From IMG/VR virus record IMGVR_UViG_3300037477_000009, positions 1 to 64,000 of that record: a stretch of 64,000 nt of DNA; one strand, given 5' to 3'. This document shows, piece after piece, positions 61,959 to 64,000 of the stretch. A program made the position numbers and the translations under genes. The stretch's first letter is position 1; every line of letters begins with the position of its first letter. This DNA is from a virus (Duplodnaviria; Caudoviricetes). Below the pieces are notes generated by a model, which saw only the letters and a program-made list of their open reading frames with translations, was not told the DNA's origin and ran no database searches.

Positions 61959-62004
61959 GGACTGGTTGCTTCAGGCAAGGCATCGAATGCCAGCCAGTCC
62001 ACTA
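61959..62004 (+). ncRNA. tRNA-like element E9
   Basis: GGACTGGT-[TGC ttcag GCA]-A-[GGCA tcgaa TGCC]-A-GCCAGTCC-ACTA. Confidence 0.8.
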
Positions 62005-62032
62005 ATATTTAATCACAAAAACTAAAAGACAA

Positions 62033-62548
62033 ATGAACAAAGAAACAAGGGATCGAGTTGCTAAACTGCAAAGCGATCTCAATGTAGCGCACAGGAATCT
62101 TGGTAACCTTCAAGAAGAACTCTTCCTTATCATAGAGGTAGAACGGGAAGCGGAAGCTAGTGACCAAATTTTTGAGATACTACAAAGCGCATCAAAATTA
62201 GTTATGAACGCTGGCACTGACCTTGAGGTATCGGTCAGTGTTCTTGGTGGCATCGTTAATCACCAAGAGCAACCGAAAGTTCTCAAGACATCGTTCAACG
62301 ATCAAGAGAAGAAGGAATTGCATGGAGGCTTTCATGGTAATATTCGTTTTGATTTACTCAACGACCAAAACGAAAGAGTGCTATCATGTTACAGAGCAAC
62401 GATACCAGGTGGCCTTGATTTTATGAATGCGAAGATGGAAGAACACAAAAGCACATGGTTTACTGTTCATATAATGAAAAAGACTGGCGGTAAGTTCAGG
62501 TCTGTTGCTCATTTAGAAACAGAAGCAGGTACAATATTCCAACATTAA
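62033..62548 (+). CDS. Hypothetical protein, coiled-coil N-terminus
   Basis: ORF after E9. Confidence 0.65.
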   Translation: MNKETRDRVAKLQSDLNVAHRNLGNLQEELFLIIEVEREAEASDQIFEILQSASKLVMNAGTDLEVSVSVLGGIVNHQEQPKVLKTSFNDQEKKELHGGFHGNIRFDLLNDQNERVLSCYRATIPGGLDFMNAKMEEHKSTWFTVHIMKKTGGKFRSVAHLETEAGTIFQH

Positions 62549-62559
62549 AAAAACATACA

Positions 62560-62907
62560 ATGAAAAAAGAATTCAAGTATGAGGCCATCATGTATTTCAC
62601 TGGCAAGCGGAAGTCCTTCACTGATTATATCGACATCTTTGCAGCCAATGATTCAGTAGCACTCGCAACGGCTACTGAATACCTGTTAGAGACAGAAGGT
62701 GCAAGTGCTATTCACTTCCGTAAGGTCGGCAACAAGAAATGGAGAGCCGTTAACCAAAGTGAAGTGATGTCGCATGACTTCAGAGACATGAAGTATTACA
62801 TCGATTACGTTACCGAATGCATCGAAAACAGGAGAAAGCCAATGACGTTTGAGAAGTACAATGGATTACTCGATGGTGAGAATTGCATAATGGGTACTAT
62901 CATGTAA
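62560..62907 (+). CDS. Hypothetical protein
   Basis: A-rich start context. Confidence 0.6.
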   Translation: MKKEFKYEAIMYFTGKRKSFTDYIDIFAANDSVALATATEYLLETEGASAIHFRKVGNKKWRAVNQSEVMSHDFRDMKYYIDYVTECIENRRKPMTFEKYNGLLDGENCIMGTIM

Positions 62908-62915
62908 CCGGAAGT

Positions 62916-62953
62916 GAAGTGGTGCGCTGAGTTCGATTCTCAGCCACTTCCCA
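62916..62953 (+). ncRNA. tRNA minihelix E10
   Basis: GAAGTGG-tgcg-CTGAG-TTCGATT-CTCAG-CCACTTC-CCA. Confidence 0.7.
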
Positions 62954-62976
62954 AGAATTCTATATCTTAGTGACTA

Positions 62977-63885
62977 ATGAGATCGAAGTCACTTAACCTA
63001 CCAAAGCGAATTGCAATCGCAAGAAAATTCCTTAAAGGATCGTCAGTCAGAGAACTTGCAAAAGAATACAGCCTGGCTGAACAAACCATTGCTGGCTACT
63101 TGCGCAATCACATTGATAAAAACGGAAGAGTGATCTCTGCGCCACCAGCGATGTCGAAGGAATTGCAGCTACCAGGTGAAAAGTGGAAGGTAGTACCAGT
63201 GCCATCCAAGAACAAGATAGAAGCCAGTAATCTTGGCCGTATCAAGAGCCACGCATATGGTAGGGAGAGGATACTTGATGGCAATATAAAGTTCGGTTAC
63301 AGATCGATCTGCTACCGAGTAAAGAATAATAAACGAAGAGATGAACTAAGCCATATGCTTGTTGCAAAAGCCTGGCTTGAGCCAAGACCATCAACAAGGC
63401 ACGTTATCGTTCATCTGGATCACAACAGGTGGGATAACAGTCCAGCGAATCTGAAGTGGATGATCAAGCGTGATGCACAACGTCACGCACGACATTCGCC
63501 TTACATGGAGATACTACGCAAACGTGCAAGAGCGATGCCTACCGAACAGGCGAACAAAGCCAGGTATGGTAAGCTGTCTCGTAAGGAGGTCATCAGCATC
63601 AAGCAGAAGATACACAATGGCAGAAGGATAATTGATATCGCAAAGGAATACGGGATCGCAGAGATGACTGTATCACGCATTCATCGGGGTATCATATGGG
63701 CAGATGTTCTTCCGCAATTAACCAGGAAGAAAAAGGAGTTGAAAATAGTGCCAGTGGAAACAAGGATCAAGATCATCAATGCACTTCGTGCTGGTATGCA
63801 GGGAAAGGTAGCTGCTGCACTGTATGGCTTCGATCCTACCACCATCTCCCGTATTAAAAAATCGTTACAACATGGAAACGATTAA
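62977..63885 (+). CDS. NUMOD4-HNH homing-endonuclease-like protein with HTH repeats
   Basis: EKWKVVP...EASNLGRIKS (NUMOD4); HMLVAKAW...HLDHNRWDNSPANLKW (HNH); three helix-turn-helix-like segments. Confidence 0.85.
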   Translation: MRSKSLNLPKRIAIARKFLKGSSVRELAKEYSLAEQTIAGYLRNHIDKNGRVISAPPAMSKELQLPGEKWKVVPVPSKNKIEASNLGRIKSHAYGRERILDGNIKFGYRSICYRVKNNKRRDELSHMLVAKAWLEPRPSTRHVIVHLDHNRWDNSPANLKWMIKRDAQRHARHSPYMEILRKRARAMPTEQANKARYGKLSRKEVISIKQKIHNGRRIIDIAKEYGIAEMTVSRIHRGIIWADVLPQLTRKKKELKIVPVETRIKIINALRAGMQGKVAAALYGFDPTTISRIKKSLQHGND

Positions 63886-64000
63886 GCTGCCAGAATTCAT
63901 CAGTACCTTTGTTGCTGGCAGACAACTATTGATACGCACCACCAATCCGCATTTAATCGGTGAGGTGGTGCAGTATCAAAGCACAGATCAGATGTTACAG
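63872..64000 (+). CDS. Hypothetical protein, partial (runs off the right edge)
   Basis: METIKLPEFISTF..., open to the end of the window. Confidence 0.5.
   Translation, partial: METIKLPEFISTFVAGRQLLIRTTNPHLIGEVVQYQSTDQMLQ

Noticed and set aside
55609-62004. Elements as intrinsic terminators
   Set aside because: On the coding strand they are followed by A-rich, not U-rich, tracts and form three-way junctions. An antisense terminator role is not excluded but does not explain the T-loop conservation.
55609-62953. Intergenic elements as true tRNA genes, CRISPR repeats or integron attC sites
   Set aside because: They have no anticodon arm and are only 38-65 nt long. The units are not identical and are separated by whole genes. 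No cas or integron integrase is present, and the RYYYAAC/GTTRRRY ends are absent.
1-64000. Alternative genetic code, DGR, or prophage integration module
   Set aside because: Long genes are intact under code 11. No reverse transcriptase, template/variable repeat pair, integrase or host-gene flank was recognised.

Overview
This window is a 64-kb segment of a Bacteroidota-infecting tailed phage. The host call rests on TAnnTTTG promoters, AT-rich starts without Shine-Dalgarno sites and Bacteroidota-style signal peptides; the family is uncertain. Standard code 11 reads all long ORFs. Bases 1-40.7 kb are one leftward late module of crAss/P22-type podovirus layout: tandem GroES, three ring/adaptor proteins, a split nozzle gene, two ejection-type proteins, a 4422-aa polyvalent protein, TerS candidate, TerL, portal, scaffold, major capsid, a fibre-like protein and a lysis cassette. 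Bases 40.7-49.6 kb hold many small ORFs. Bases 49.6-54.6 kb are a gene-poor control region with a promoter/terminator sRNA array, DnaA boxes, a pseudoknotted RNA candidate and many copies of a 17-bp palindrome. Bases 54.6-64 kb are a rightward early-type operon with two PAPS-reductase-family genes, a C5-MTase-like gene and a NUMOD4-HNH gene. The strongest unexplained signal is RNA-level organisation of that operon. A complete hammerhead ribozyme core precedes its first gene. Nine covarying tRNA-like three-way junctions and one perfect 7+5 bp tRNA minihelix sit between later genes, at near-fixed distances from the upstream stop (6-9 nt, one at 17) and downstream ATG (27-31 nt, minihelix 23). 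No integrase, polymerase, primase, helicase, cas gene or full tRNA was recognised. All family assignments come from motifs read by eye and from gene order; no database search was run.
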